A stretch of 46,928 bases of DNA. Origin: a virus. Its lineage: Duplodnaviria; Caudoviricetes. Numbering within the stretch: the stretch's first letter is position 1; each line of letters opens with the position of its first letter. Position numbers and translations under genes: made by a program. Location of the stretch: the IMG/VR virus record IMGVR_UViG_3300033145_000480, positions 1-46,928 of that record; one strand, given 5' to 3'. Below the pieces are notes generated by a model. That model saw nothing but the letters and a program-made list of their open reading frames with translations, had not been told where the DNA came from and searched no databases. Positions 1 to 7,656 of the stretch are shown here, piece by piece.

Positions 1-219
1 GCCTACCGCGATCACGAAGCAGGGTGTGATGTCCTTGGCATTGGCTCCAGCAGCACGCATATTGGCAACAAAGATGTTATAGAAAGAATAGATAGTGATT
101 ATATTGATGGGGTTAAGGCGCGCCACCCATTCTTTGTCCTCGAAATAGTGGCAAGGGCTAAGAGAGAAGAAGTGATGGTCATTAATGGCGAAAAGTGGGT
201 CAGAAAGCACAATAGCTGA
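1..219 (+). CDS. Partial hypothetical protein (5' end outside window)
   Basis: Frame 1 open from position 1 (AYRDHEAGCDV...WVRKHNS) to TGA at 217-219; same orientation as the downstream operon. Confidence 0.55.
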   Translation, partial: AYRDHEAGCDVLGIGSSSTHIGNKDVIERIDSDYIDGVKARHPFFVLEIVARAKREEVMVINGEKWVRKHNS

Positions 220-243
220 GGCATTAAGGGAGCACGCCAAATA

Positions 244-699
244 ATGGAATCTTACGTATGTAACAATTGCGATGACGAAAAGCCATTGTCGGAATGTCAT
301 GCTAACCGCAACAACGCTAATGGGCATAACCACACATGCAAGAAGTGTCAAGTTGTGTTGCAGAGACGAAGGGGTGCGAAGGAGGCTGGCCGCCCTGATG
401 GCACGAATCGCTGTAGGAATTGTGGAGACTTGTTCTTTGGCAGCAACCCCCATAAGCAGCTTTGTCCAGACTGCAAGGCGATAAGCCTTGAGGATAGCAG
501 AGATAATGATATGATATACAGGGACAACAATCGCGGCCCTATAGAATGCCAAAAGGCCATATACACAACTGCGCAAAATTATTATAAAAAAGTTCTTGCA
601 ATATGCAAAGAAAAAGGTTTAGATATAGATAGTGATGACGACGACGATGCTATTGAGTTGGCGGTTGCGCATTTAGATAAGGAGATGTTATGGAGATAA
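244..699 (+). CDS. Hypothetical Cys-rich (zinc-finger-like) protein
   Basis: 151 aa ORF with four CxxC pairs; AAGGGAG SD-like sequence upstream; overlaps next gene. Confidence 0.7.
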   Translation: MESYVCNNCDDEKPLSECHANRNNANGHNHTCKKCQVVLQRRRGAKEAGRPDGTNRCRNCGDLFFGSNPHKQLCPDCKAISLEDSRDNDMIYRDNNRGPIECQKAIYTTAQNYYKKVLAICKEKGLDIDSDDDDDAIELAVAHLDKEMLWR

Positions 700-1031
700 A
701 ATTTAGAGCGTGGGACACAAAAGAGCAGAAAATGTATTACGACAGCTTTTTGATTTACGCCAACGGAAAATTTGCTTGGCGTAACTCCCCAGAGGAAGAG
801 AATGAAAACCACATTCTCATGCAATACACTGGCCTCAAGGATAAGAACGGGGTTGAGATATATGAGGGGGACATAATTGAATGTGCCGATTGGGTCGAAG
901 ATGCCCACGCATACAACACATGGATACGAGTGGTGACTTGGTGTAGCACAAATGGAATGTGGATCGGTATTGATGGCGAAGTAAATAAAATTCTCGGCAA
1001 TATTCACGAAAACCCTGAATTAATGGAGTAA
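690..1031 (+). CDS. YopX family protein
   Basis: MEIKFRAWD...LMQYTGLKDKNGVEIYEGDII...ILGNIHENPELME, the classic YopX signature. Confidence 0.9.
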   Translation: MEIKFRAWDTKEQKMYYDSFLIYANGKFAWRNSPEEENENHILMQYTGLKDKNGVEIYEGDIIECADWVEDAHAYNTWIRVVTWCSTNGMWIGIDGEVNKILGNIHENPELME

Positions 1032-1035
1032 TGTC

Positions 1036-1428
1036 ATGGAGATAAAATTTAGATTGCTTTTGTGGGGCAAAATTGTTGGCTACGAGCGACACAGATATGC
1101 TGACGGCAAGGGGTGTATGGTAGCGATAATGCACTCGTCAGATGGCATAGACTGGGCAAATATCCACTTGGTGCCAGAGGTATACATAGACCACGACGAG
1201 AAGCACCAATACGCCGGCCTTGAAGATGTGAGCGGCGTGGAGATATATAAGGGGGACATGTTGGGGCATTACGGGACAAATCCTTGCCCATGCGGTCGAG
1301 TAGAGTTTTACAATGGAGGATTTTGTGCGTTTTGGGATGGCGGTTCTCCTGAGCGATTGTATAAAAATCTAACGAGACACTTCAAGGTAATCGACGACAC
1401 TCCCGAAAATCATAAATTAATGGAGTAA
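1036..1428 (+). CDS. YopX family protein (second paralogue)
   Basis: MEIKFR...QYAGLEDVSGVEIYKGDML...ENHKLME, a diverged YopX signature. Confidence 0.8.
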   Translation: MEIKFRLLLWGKIVGYERHRYADGKGCMVAIMHSSDGIDWANIHLVPEVYIDHDEKHQYAGLEDVSGVEIYKGDMLGHYGTNPCPCGRVEFYNGGFCAFWDGGSPERLYKNLTRHFKVIDDTPENHKLME

Positions 1429-1432
1429 TGAC

Positions 1433-1915
1433 ATGGCAAAAAAGAAAACCAAACTAAGTCGTGGCGAAAAGGTCATTGTCTGGCGAAGAGAGCGGGAAAG
1501 AGTCCCCCGCATAGATATGTCCGAAGAAATAGGCGCAACATGCACACTCATAAACTTGTTTCTTAACGGCAAGTACAAGAAAGAGGCTGACTTGCTGTGG
1601 GCCGAAGAGATTAAGAAGGTCGGTCGATGTGAGATGACAGGCGATTCCAACTGCCAACTTAATGCACATCACATAATATCAAGGACGAGGCTCAAATTCA
1701 GATACGACCTAAGCAACGGCGTATGCCTCTCTGCTTACTCGCACAGCTTCGACCCTGTCTGTTGTCCTCATGGCGGTCTTGATGCCGTGAAGCGGTTCGA
1801 GGGGTGGCTAAAAGAGTCAAGGCCAGGGCAGTATCAGTGGTTCATGGAAAATAAGGATGATATGGGTATGTCTGGGAAATCTTATGAGCAGTGCTATTGG
1901 GAATTGAAGCTATGA
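1433..1915 (+). CDS. NinG/HNH-like His-Me finger nuclease
   Basis: CEMTG...LNAHHIISR...RYDLSNGVCLS resembles the NinG/HNH motif. Confidence 0.65.
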   Translation: MAKKKTKLSRGEKVIVWRRERERVPRIDMSEEIGATCTLINLFLNGKYKKEADLLWAEEIKKVGRCEMTGDSNCQLNAHHIISRTRLKFRYDLSNGVCLSAYSHSFDPVCCPHGGLDAVKRFEGWLKESRPGQYQWFMENKDDMGMSGKSYEQCYWELKL

Positions 1916-2325
1916 ACGACGATATAGTCAGGGGTATGATGGCAGACGTAATGGCGAAGCATCTACGCGACGAGCACGGCAAAAAGAGGTCGCGCTTTGC
2001 CCCGCCAACCCACGATGAAGTTGCTGTTGAGATAGAGGCCAAAGGCTACAAAAACATTACGCCAGATGAGTTTGTAAGCTTTTACGGCTCTAAGGGCTGG
2101 ATGATCGGCAAGAATAAAATGTCGAACTGGAAGCTTGCCCTTGCCCGCGCGAACAAATGGGGGGCAGGGAAATCTAACAAGAAGACAAAGCTGTTTCCTA
2201 TCGCCGGCAAAGTGTGTGGCGTACGTGGCTGTGGACTGCCTGCTGTATATAAAACACAAGGTGAGTATGCACATTACAAGTGTTGTGAACACATGCCAGA
2301 CAAAGTTAAAGAACTGTATGAATAA
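1912..2325 (+). CDS. Protein with phage replication-initiator C-terminal-like domain plus C-terminal Cys cluster
   Basis: RFAPPTHDEV...FVSFYGSKGWMIGKNKMSNWKLA motif; ATG at 1912 overlaps the upstream stop (ATGA). Confidence 0.6.
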   Translation: MNDDIVRGMMADVMAKHLRDEHGKKRSRFAPPTHDEVAVEIEAKGYKNITPDEFVSFYGSKGWMIGKNKMSNWKLALARANKWGAGKSNKKTKLFPIAGKVCGVRGCGLPAVYKTQGEYAHYKCCEHMPDKVKELYE

Positions 2326-2334
2326 TGGAGCGAA

Positions 2335-2619
2335 ATGAAACCTAAACGAATTCAGCGAAAGCGGACTAAGGGCTGGCGTATGCCGGAGAACACTGTTTAT
2401 GTGGGCCGTGGCTCTAAGTGGGGAAATCAATATAAAGTATCAAAGCATTTAACGGTTGCGGAAACTGTTTCGCTTTATAAAAAATGTATCGTATCATGCG
2501 TTCGGAGGAATCCAGGTTTTTGGAATTTATCCGAACTCAAGGGCAAAAACCTTGCTTGTTGGTGCCCTTTGGATAAAGAATGTCATGCAGATATTTTATT
2601 GGAGATTGCAAATGAGTAA
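2335..2619 (+). CDS. DUF4326 family protein
   Basis: PKRIQRKRTKGWRMP...YVGRGSKWGN...ELKGKNLACWCP...CHADILLEIAN signature. Confidence 0.9.
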   Translation: MKPKRIQRKRTKGWRMPENTVYVGRGSKWGNQYKVSKHLTVAETVSLYKKCIVSCVRRNPGFWNLSELKGKNLACWCPLDKECHADILLEIANE

Positions 2620-2872
2620 AATAACTTGGACAGAAAAAGTTCCAATGCTGAGTATTAATCCTGACGCTGCGACCACGCAGGACATTGGCAGGCTGGCATC
2701 GGAGCTAATGGAATGCAGGCAAGTATTGTTGGGCTACGAAGAGTTTGAAGCTAAACTAATCATTGAACCGAAAGCGTTACTGATAGAGGTTATGTCGGAC
2801 GAAATGTATGACGGGATGAGGAGTTTGCAAGAAAAACGCAACAAGGTATTGGGAAGGCGGTATCCAAAATGA
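2612..2872 (+). CDS. Hypothetical protein
   Basis: ATG at 2612 with GGAG SD, coupled to neighbours on both sides. Confidence 0.65.
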   Translation: MSKITWTEKVPMLSINPDAATTQDIGRLASELMECRQVLLGYEEFEAKLIIEPKALLIEVMSDEMYDGMRSLQEKRNKVLGRRYPK

Positions 2873-3432
2873 GTAAAGAAAAATTAGAAGCATTGTTATC
2901 GCCGCCATTCCTCTCTTACCATAATAACCATTGCGGTTGTTTAGGGTGTGTGTGGATAAGAAATGTAAAGCAAGCTCTTGCCGAGCTTGACAAATCCGAC
3001 ACCTTATGCAAAGATGATTACAATGAGTGGCCGTATCAAACACACATACGATCTAAAACCAAGGCAGAGCATTTAGAGAAGATTGAGTGTTTATTCCAAG
3101 AGTTTGGCGAAAACTGCAAGTGGGTCGAGAACGAATACGAGTGGCGACGCGCGGAGGAAGGGTTGCCGGAATTTGGACTACGGCACTTGGCTTATAATCC
3201 AAAATGGAATCCATTAGTATCTATTCAGATTGAGGCTGGCGAGCTAAATAGGGATGATTATACTCACTGGATGCTAATGCCCAAACCGCCAAGGACGGAT
3301 GAGGTCAAGCAACTTCAAGCCGAGAATGAGATGCTGACAGATGCCCTGCGTAATATCCAAACCTATTGCCCGGAAGGGTGCACTTGCGATAGGTGCAAAA
3401 TAATTAGTAAAGCTTTGAAAGGTGGTGAATAA
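2869..3432 (+). CDS. Hypothetical protein
   Basis: 187 aa ORF with ATGA overlap; contains a YTHWMLMPKPP motif like that of DUF551-type phage proteins. Confidence 0.65.
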   Translation: MSKEKLEALLSPPFLSYHNNHCGCLGCVWIRNVKQALAELDKSDTLCKDDYNEWPYQTHIRSKTKAEHLEKIECLFQEFGENCKWVENEYEWRRAEEGLPEFGLRHLAYNPKWNPLVSIQIEAGELNRDDYTHWMLMPKPPRTDEVKQLQAENEMLTDALRNIQTYCPEGCTCDRCKIISKALKGGE

Positions 3433-3827
3433 TGAAATACCAGAAAGTCCAGTACAAGTATAAACTGCACGAAACAATGAGCAAGCAGACGCACATCCTT
3501 GGTGTTGACGTGCATACCCAGTACATAGTTTTGACCCCTAATGGCACTTTGACCATCCGCAAGGGCTATTGCTGGAACGGTTCTAACTGGTCGATAGACT
3601 GGAAGAGCAAAGAGGCAAGCTGTTTTCACGATTGCCTATACCAGATTATGAGGCTCGGGCTGGTGGACATAAAGCATCGCGCCTACGCTGACGGCCTGTA
3701 CCGGGACATATTGCTTGAAAAGGGCTTGTGGGAGTTTCACGCTAATTTGCGATACCAAGCCTTACGAGCTTTTGGCGGGACGTCTGCTAAGCTGAACGAG
3801 AACGAGAATAAGGTTTATGAGGAATAA
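3432..3827 (+). CDS. DUF1353 family protein
   Basis: GYCWNGS...ASCFHDCLY...ADGLY...ALRAFGG pattern. Confidence 0.75.
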   Translation: MKYQKVQYKYKLHETMSKQTHILGVDVHTQYIVLTPNGTLTIRKGYCWNGSNWSIDWKSKEASCFHDCLYQIMRLGLVDIKHRAYADGLYRDILLEKGLWEFHANLRYQALRAFGGTSAKLNENENKVYEE

Positions 3828-3894
3828 TCTGTGTGGATAATACGTTCGAGAAAATGCTTATTAATTGTGAAGTCAAGCCAGCAAGGAGATTGGA

Positions 3895-4482
3895 ATGAGA
3901 ATACTAATAGCATGTGAGTTTAGTGGTATTGTCAGGGATGCATTCAGGGCCAGAGGCCACGATGCATGGTCTTGTGATTTATTGCCGACAGAGAGGCCAG
4001 GGCCGCATATACAAGGGGATGTGTTAGGAATATTGGACCAAGGTTGGGATATGATGATAGCACATGACCCATGCACCTATCAATGCAACAGTGGTGTGCG
4101 CTGGCTACACCAAGCCCCAGAAAGGTGGCAACTATTAGATGATTCGTGTGCGCTTACAAAAAAACTACTTAGCGCTTCGATAGACAAAATAGCCAGAGAA
4201 AACCCAATACCACACAAATATGCCGTTGAGCTAATTGGCCGCAAATACGACCAGATTATACACCCATACATGTTTGGCCATCCAGAATGCAAAGCAACTT
4301 GCCTTTGGCTCAAAAATTTGTCAAAATTAGAATCAACGGACGACGTTAAAGCAGAAATGGAAGCCCTGCCAAAAGCGCAATCACAAAGAATGCATTGGGC
4401 ATCACCAGGTCCGAATAGGTGGAAAGTGAGATCTACAACTTTCCAGGGCATAGCCGATGCAATGACAGAGCAATGGGGATAA
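3895..4482 (+). CDS. Putative DNA methyltransferase-like protein (phage type)
   Basis: MRILIACEFSGIVRDAF...HDAWSCDLLP...K.TCLWLK...RS.TF.GIA.AM.EQWG family pattern; strong AAGGAG SD. Confidence 0.7.
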   Translation: MRILIACEFSGIVRDAFRARGHDAWSCDLLPTERPGPHIQGDVLGILDQGWDMMIAHDPCTYQCNSGVRWLHQAPERWQLLDDSCALTKKLLSASIDKIARENPIPHKYAVELIGRKYDQIIHPYMFGHPECKATCLWLKNLSKLESTDDVKAEMEALPKAQSQRMHWASPGPNRWKVRSTTFQGIADAMTEQWG

Positions 4483-4505
4483 CCTAAACCGGCAAGGAGA
4501 TTGAA

Positions 4506-4646
4506 ATGAGCCAATACAAACGATGTAAAGATTGCAAAGAAAATAAGAGATGTTTACGATTTAATCCCGACTATATTAAGGGGTATGTATGTGAATATTA
4601 TGTCCGTAAATGGTGGAAATTGTGGAAATTCTGGAGGCCAAAATGA
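4506..4646 (+). CDS. Small Cys/Trp-rich hypothetical protein (46 aa)
   Basis: AAGGAG SD, ATG 4506, stop overlaps next ATG; too short for the ORF track. Confidence 0.55.
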   Translation: MSQYKRCKDCKENKRCLRFNPDYIKGYVCEYYVRKWWKLWKFWRPK

Positions 4647-4894
4647 ACCAAATAACACACGCAGACCAGCTAAGATGCGATATTAGTACATTGACGTTGA
4701 ATGAGCTATGTTTCGACAGTGACATTTTTTATGACCAGTCCTGCTTCTGGGGGTGCAGAATGGAATCACACGCTATTTATTGCCATAACTCAAAATTTGA
4801 GCGCAAGCCCATGAAATGTCGCGAAGAAAACCAGCGGGCATGTGATGGATTTAGAGAGAACGAACCACTTGAGAACGAAAAGGGGCCAAAATGA
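4643..4894 (+). CDS. Hypothetical Cys-rich protein
   Basis: ATGA coupling at both ends; GGAGG upstream of ATG 4643. Confidence 0.6.
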   Translation: MNQITHADQLRCDISTLTLNELCFDSDIFYDQSCFWGCRMESHAIYCHNSKFERKPMKCREENQRACDGFRENEPLENEKGPK

Positions 4895-5127
4895 AAATAC
4901 TAATAGCATTGCTCATAATTACCACACTGTCCGGCTGTGCGCAAGTAATTGTGCAGAAGCCTGACAATACATTAATCAAAGTTAACGTTTTCGGCTCTAC
5001 AAAGATTGACGATATGCGCTACCGCAGAGCCGACATTGACTTGCAAATCGGGCAGGCAGAGCTAACGCCGGAGCATTTGGCGATGATAGCTGAGGCTGTT
5101 GCGAGAGGGTTTAAACCATTACTGTGA
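4891..5127 (+). CDS. Predicted lipoprotein
   Basis: MKILIALLIITTLSGC signal peptide II with LSGC lipobox. Confidence 0.75.
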   Translation: MKILIALLIITTLSGCAQVIVQKPDNTLIKVNVFGSTKIDDMRYRRADIDLQIGQAELTPEHLAMIAEAVARGFKPLL

Positions 5128-5211
5128 GGCGTAAAGCGATGTTGTGCCGTGGGCGTATAATGTGCCTGAGCCGGCAACGATAGCACTTGTATTAGGTGGA
5201 ATGGCTGCAAT

Positions 5212-5247
5212 AAAAGCCCCCCGCCGCCAGTGCGACGACGAGGAGCC
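5212..5247 (-). terminator. Rho-independent terminator of the minus-strand operon
   Basis: Minus strand GGCTCCTCGTCGTC-gcact-GGCGGCGGGGGGCT-TTT, a 14 bp stem with G:U pairs and a U tract, where the two strands converge. Confidence 0.7.
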
Positions 5248-5332
5248 GGGAGAGAGAGAAATTGATTGACTGTATAAATATTCCTGTGTTACGTTTGCTC
5301 AACGTATTGAGTAAATTGTACTACAACAAGTG

Positions 5333-5470
5333 TTATTTGCGCATCTCCAATAGTTTATAATATAAATCGCCCAGCTTTAGCCTTGCAAGGTCGTGGCCTA
5401 TGTAGCATATCCAGCATTTATAGCCCTTATCTGTTGACACTATGGCTGTGGCTCCGCATTTACAGGTCAT
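5333..5470 (-). CDS. Small zinc-finger-like protein (45 aa)
   Basis: MTCKCG...KCWICY...; ATGA overlap with the upstream ORF. Confidence 0.5.
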   Translation of the reverse strand: MTCKCGATAIVSTDKGYKCWICYIGHDLARLKLGDLYYKLLEMRK

Positions 5471-5586
5471 TTGTATTCTTCGCCCAATAACATTTGGAAA
5501 AAATCTATCCAAAATCTATCAGTGGCCGCCTTAGCCAACGCCGACGACCGAGCATTAACCATGTCTTGTGTTATTTCATATTCCAT
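5467..5586 (-). CDS. Small hypothetical protein (39 aa)
   Basis: AAGGAGAG SD then ATG; MEYEITQDMV...GEEYK. Confidence 0.5.
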   Translation of the reverse strand: MEYEITQDMVNARSSALAKAATDRFWIDFFQMLLGEEYK

Positions 5587-5596
5587 TATTCTCTCC

Positions 5597-6385
5597 TTAA
5601 ATTACTTTAATCTCTTTCCCATTTGGCAATATGGCCCGGCCCCTGTTTATTGGTACGCTGTATAGGGTAAAATCATGCCTGCCTACATAAGCCACCCAGA
5701 AGCCGTGTGTCCATCCAGTTGGATTCCCGTCGTGTTTGTACATAGGCATTCGTTTACACAAGCATCCGGCACACATGGCCTCTGTAGGCATGTCTGTGGC
5801 GGGGTATGTGAGCGTGTCAGACTGTCGGCGGTGGGCGTGGTTGAATATCACTGATTGTAAAGGACTCTTTCTCCTGTGAGCAGCGGCACAATGGATAGAA
5901 TACGACCAGCCGTGTACACAAATAAGCTTGTCGTGGAGTTGGACGTTATTGCCCTGCCTGACATATTCAAAGTTTTCTCTGCCTCTGCTGATATTGGCTT
6001 GTGGCGAAATTAAACTGTACACTGAAACCGCACCTTTGCCATGTGTTGCCGCCCATCGCTCGATGTGGGCGTCGTGGTTGCCCTCCTGGAAGATTGTGTG
6101 CTTAGTATGCTTCTGTACTTCGTCAATAAATTCATTGGCGGGGTCAAGCTCTGTTTCCTTGAAATCCATCGCCAAAGCTTCTTCGATGGTCTGATTGCCG
6201 AATTTTGAGAATGCGGACGCCTGAAGTAAATCATGGCCAACGATTGTGTGGTCAGGCTGAAACTCTCTATGCGCCGCCAAAGCTACAGCAACCGCCTCAT
6301 GGTCTTGGTCTGGAATGTGCATGTCAGGAAAGCCAAACCATCGCAATGCTTTATTCTTGCACTTATATACCGTCTTGGTCTTCAT
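5597..6385 (-). CDS. Calcineurin-like metallophosphoesterase
   Basis: Motifs DMH, GHD, GNHD, HG and HAH in canonical order. Confidence 0.85.
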   Translation of the reverse strand: MKTKTVYKCKNKALRWFGFPDMHIPDQDHEAVAVALAAHREFQPDHTIVGHDLLQASAFSKFGNQTIEEALAMDFKETELDPANEFIDEVQKHTKHTIFQEGNHDAHIERWAATHGKGAVSVYSLISPQANISRGRENFEYVRQGNNVQLHDKLICVHGWSYSIHCAAAHRRKSPLQSVIFNHAHRRQSDTLTYPATDMPTEAMCAGCLCKRMPMYKHDGNPTGWTHGFWVAYVGRHDFTLYSVPINRGRAILPNGKEIKVI

Positions 6386-6416
6386 TCTCTATCTCTCCTT
6401 AAACTCTCCTGTATCC

Positions 6417-6593
6417 TTACTCTACCTCATACTCAGCCATGATGTCTTTGGCGCATCTTAACACCGCTCTTCGCCCGTCAAATTGAGATATGGGATTGCC
6501 GTTGTCTATGTCATAAGCTATCATCTCGACTTGAATTATCTTATCTTCGCCTAAGTCTACAGTCTGCGATCGTTCGTAATGAAGTGCGTCCAT
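6417..6593 (-). CDS. Small hypothetical protein (58 aa)
   Basis: AAAGGAG SD; MDALHYERSQ...EYEVE; fills the gap in the operon. Confidence 0.55.
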   Translation of the reverse strand: MDALHYERSQTVDLGEDKIIQVEMIAYDIDNGNPISQFDGRRAVLRCAKDIMAEYEVE

Positions 6594-6594
6594 G

Positions 6595-6801
6595 TTAATC
6601 TCCTTTATTAAAGAATCGTCTCAGTAGATAGCTTCTGGTCAGTGATATTAGTGTGAAATAAAATGTGATAGATAAGTGTTCGCTGTGAGTTATGTGTATG
6701 CCAAACATCGGGAATATTAAGTATTGGCTGCCGAGTGCAACGCCAATGCCGACGGTAATGTTGGCAATGCTTTCGATTATGCTTCGCTGTTTGGATTGCA
6801 T
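6595..6801 (-). CDS. Two-TM phage membrane protein (DUF7220-like)
   Basis: MQSKQRSIIESIANITVG...SQYLIFPMFGI...RSYLLRRFFN conserved phage pattern. Confidence 0.75.
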   Translation of the reverse strand: MQSKQRSIIESIANITVGIGVALGSQYLIFPMFGIHITHSEHLSITFYFTLISLTRSYLLRRFFNKGD

Positions 6802-7001
6802 TCCTCTTCCCCCAAAACTTTGTCATAAACCTTTTTCTGGCAAGCCGCACAAATGCAATAAGAGCCAACGCAACACCACGTATTGTCTGTTGAGCCGCAA
6901 TAATCACACGCGACATCTTCGCCGTGGCCTGTAAGTCCGGTTGGCGGATGATTGAATAGCCATTTGATGTTTTCGATTATTCTGTTGAACATTACAGCCA
7001 C
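6777..7001 (-). CDS. Hypothetical zinc-finger protein
   Basis: CDYC...CICAAC; overlaps neighbours in the operon. Confidence 0.6.
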   Translation of the reverse strand: MAVMFNRIIENIKWLFNHPPTGLTGHGEDVACDYCGSTDNTWCCVGSYCICAACQKKVYDKVLGEEECNPNSEA

Positions 7002-7573
7002 CCCCTCTCATTTGTAAGCTTCCAAATAGCTTCGTTCTGCTCGGCTATTGTCATGTTGCGGTTGTCGATTATAGCGTCGAACACAAGCTTCGGCTGACGT
7101 CTCTTTAGTGTGCCTATCTCCATTGCATCCAGCGCCGTCTCTGACTCATGCTGGTCATCGTGCGGGTTGCGGAGTAGGCGGATTACATGTCCGCCGAGGT
7201 CTTGAATACACTTTACTTCGTTGGGGAATCTTACGTCTGACGTGAGGACTATGGAGTTGCTCTTAATACATGCCAGACACTTTCTGTATGCCCGAACCCA
7301 GCAGTCAGGGTCGAGAGAACGAAACCAATCAGTTCCGACAATCTGCAAGACCTCTCTGCCAGACTTTCCGCACGGAAGCAATTTATTCTTTTGGCTATCG
7401 GTTCCGCCAAACAGATGTGTTATTTCTGCCCCAAAACAGGTACAGACAATTCGCTTGAGTTTGTCTGCGAAATCAACTTGATGAAGCCTTTCTGGGCCAA
7501 TCCTCTGCCACAAATCCGTTACCGCCGTTGTCTTGCCGCTCTGCTTCTTACCGCTAAAAGCTATTATACGCAT
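6992..7573 (-). CDS. Deoxynucleoside monophosphate kinase
   Basis: P-loop IAFSGKKQSGKTT, FADKLK, REVLQIVGTDWFR, SDVRFPNE and H.SE motifs. Confidence 0.9.
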   Translation of the reverse strand: MRIIAFSGKKQSGKTTAVTDLWQRIGPERLHQVDFADKLKRIVCTCFGAEITHLFGGTDSQKNKLLPCGKSGREVLQIVGTDWFRSLDPDCWVRAYRKCLACIKSNSIVLTSDVRFPNEVKCIQDLGGHVIRLLRNPHDDQHESETALDAMEIGTLKRRQPKLVFDAIIDNRNMTIAEQNEAIWKLTNERGWL

Positions 7574-7596
7574 CTCTACTCTCCTTAAATACTTGT

Positions 7597-7625
7597 AATA
7601 TACACCATAAAGAATAGCGAGTCAA
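7597..7625 (-). promoter_or_regulatory. Sigma70-type promoter for the kinase/phosphoesterase operon
   Basis: Minus strand TTGACT-17 nt-TATATT just upstream of the kinase SD. Confidence 0.65.
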
Positions 7626-7656
7626 GAACTAAATATTATTTTTTTACTAAATATAT

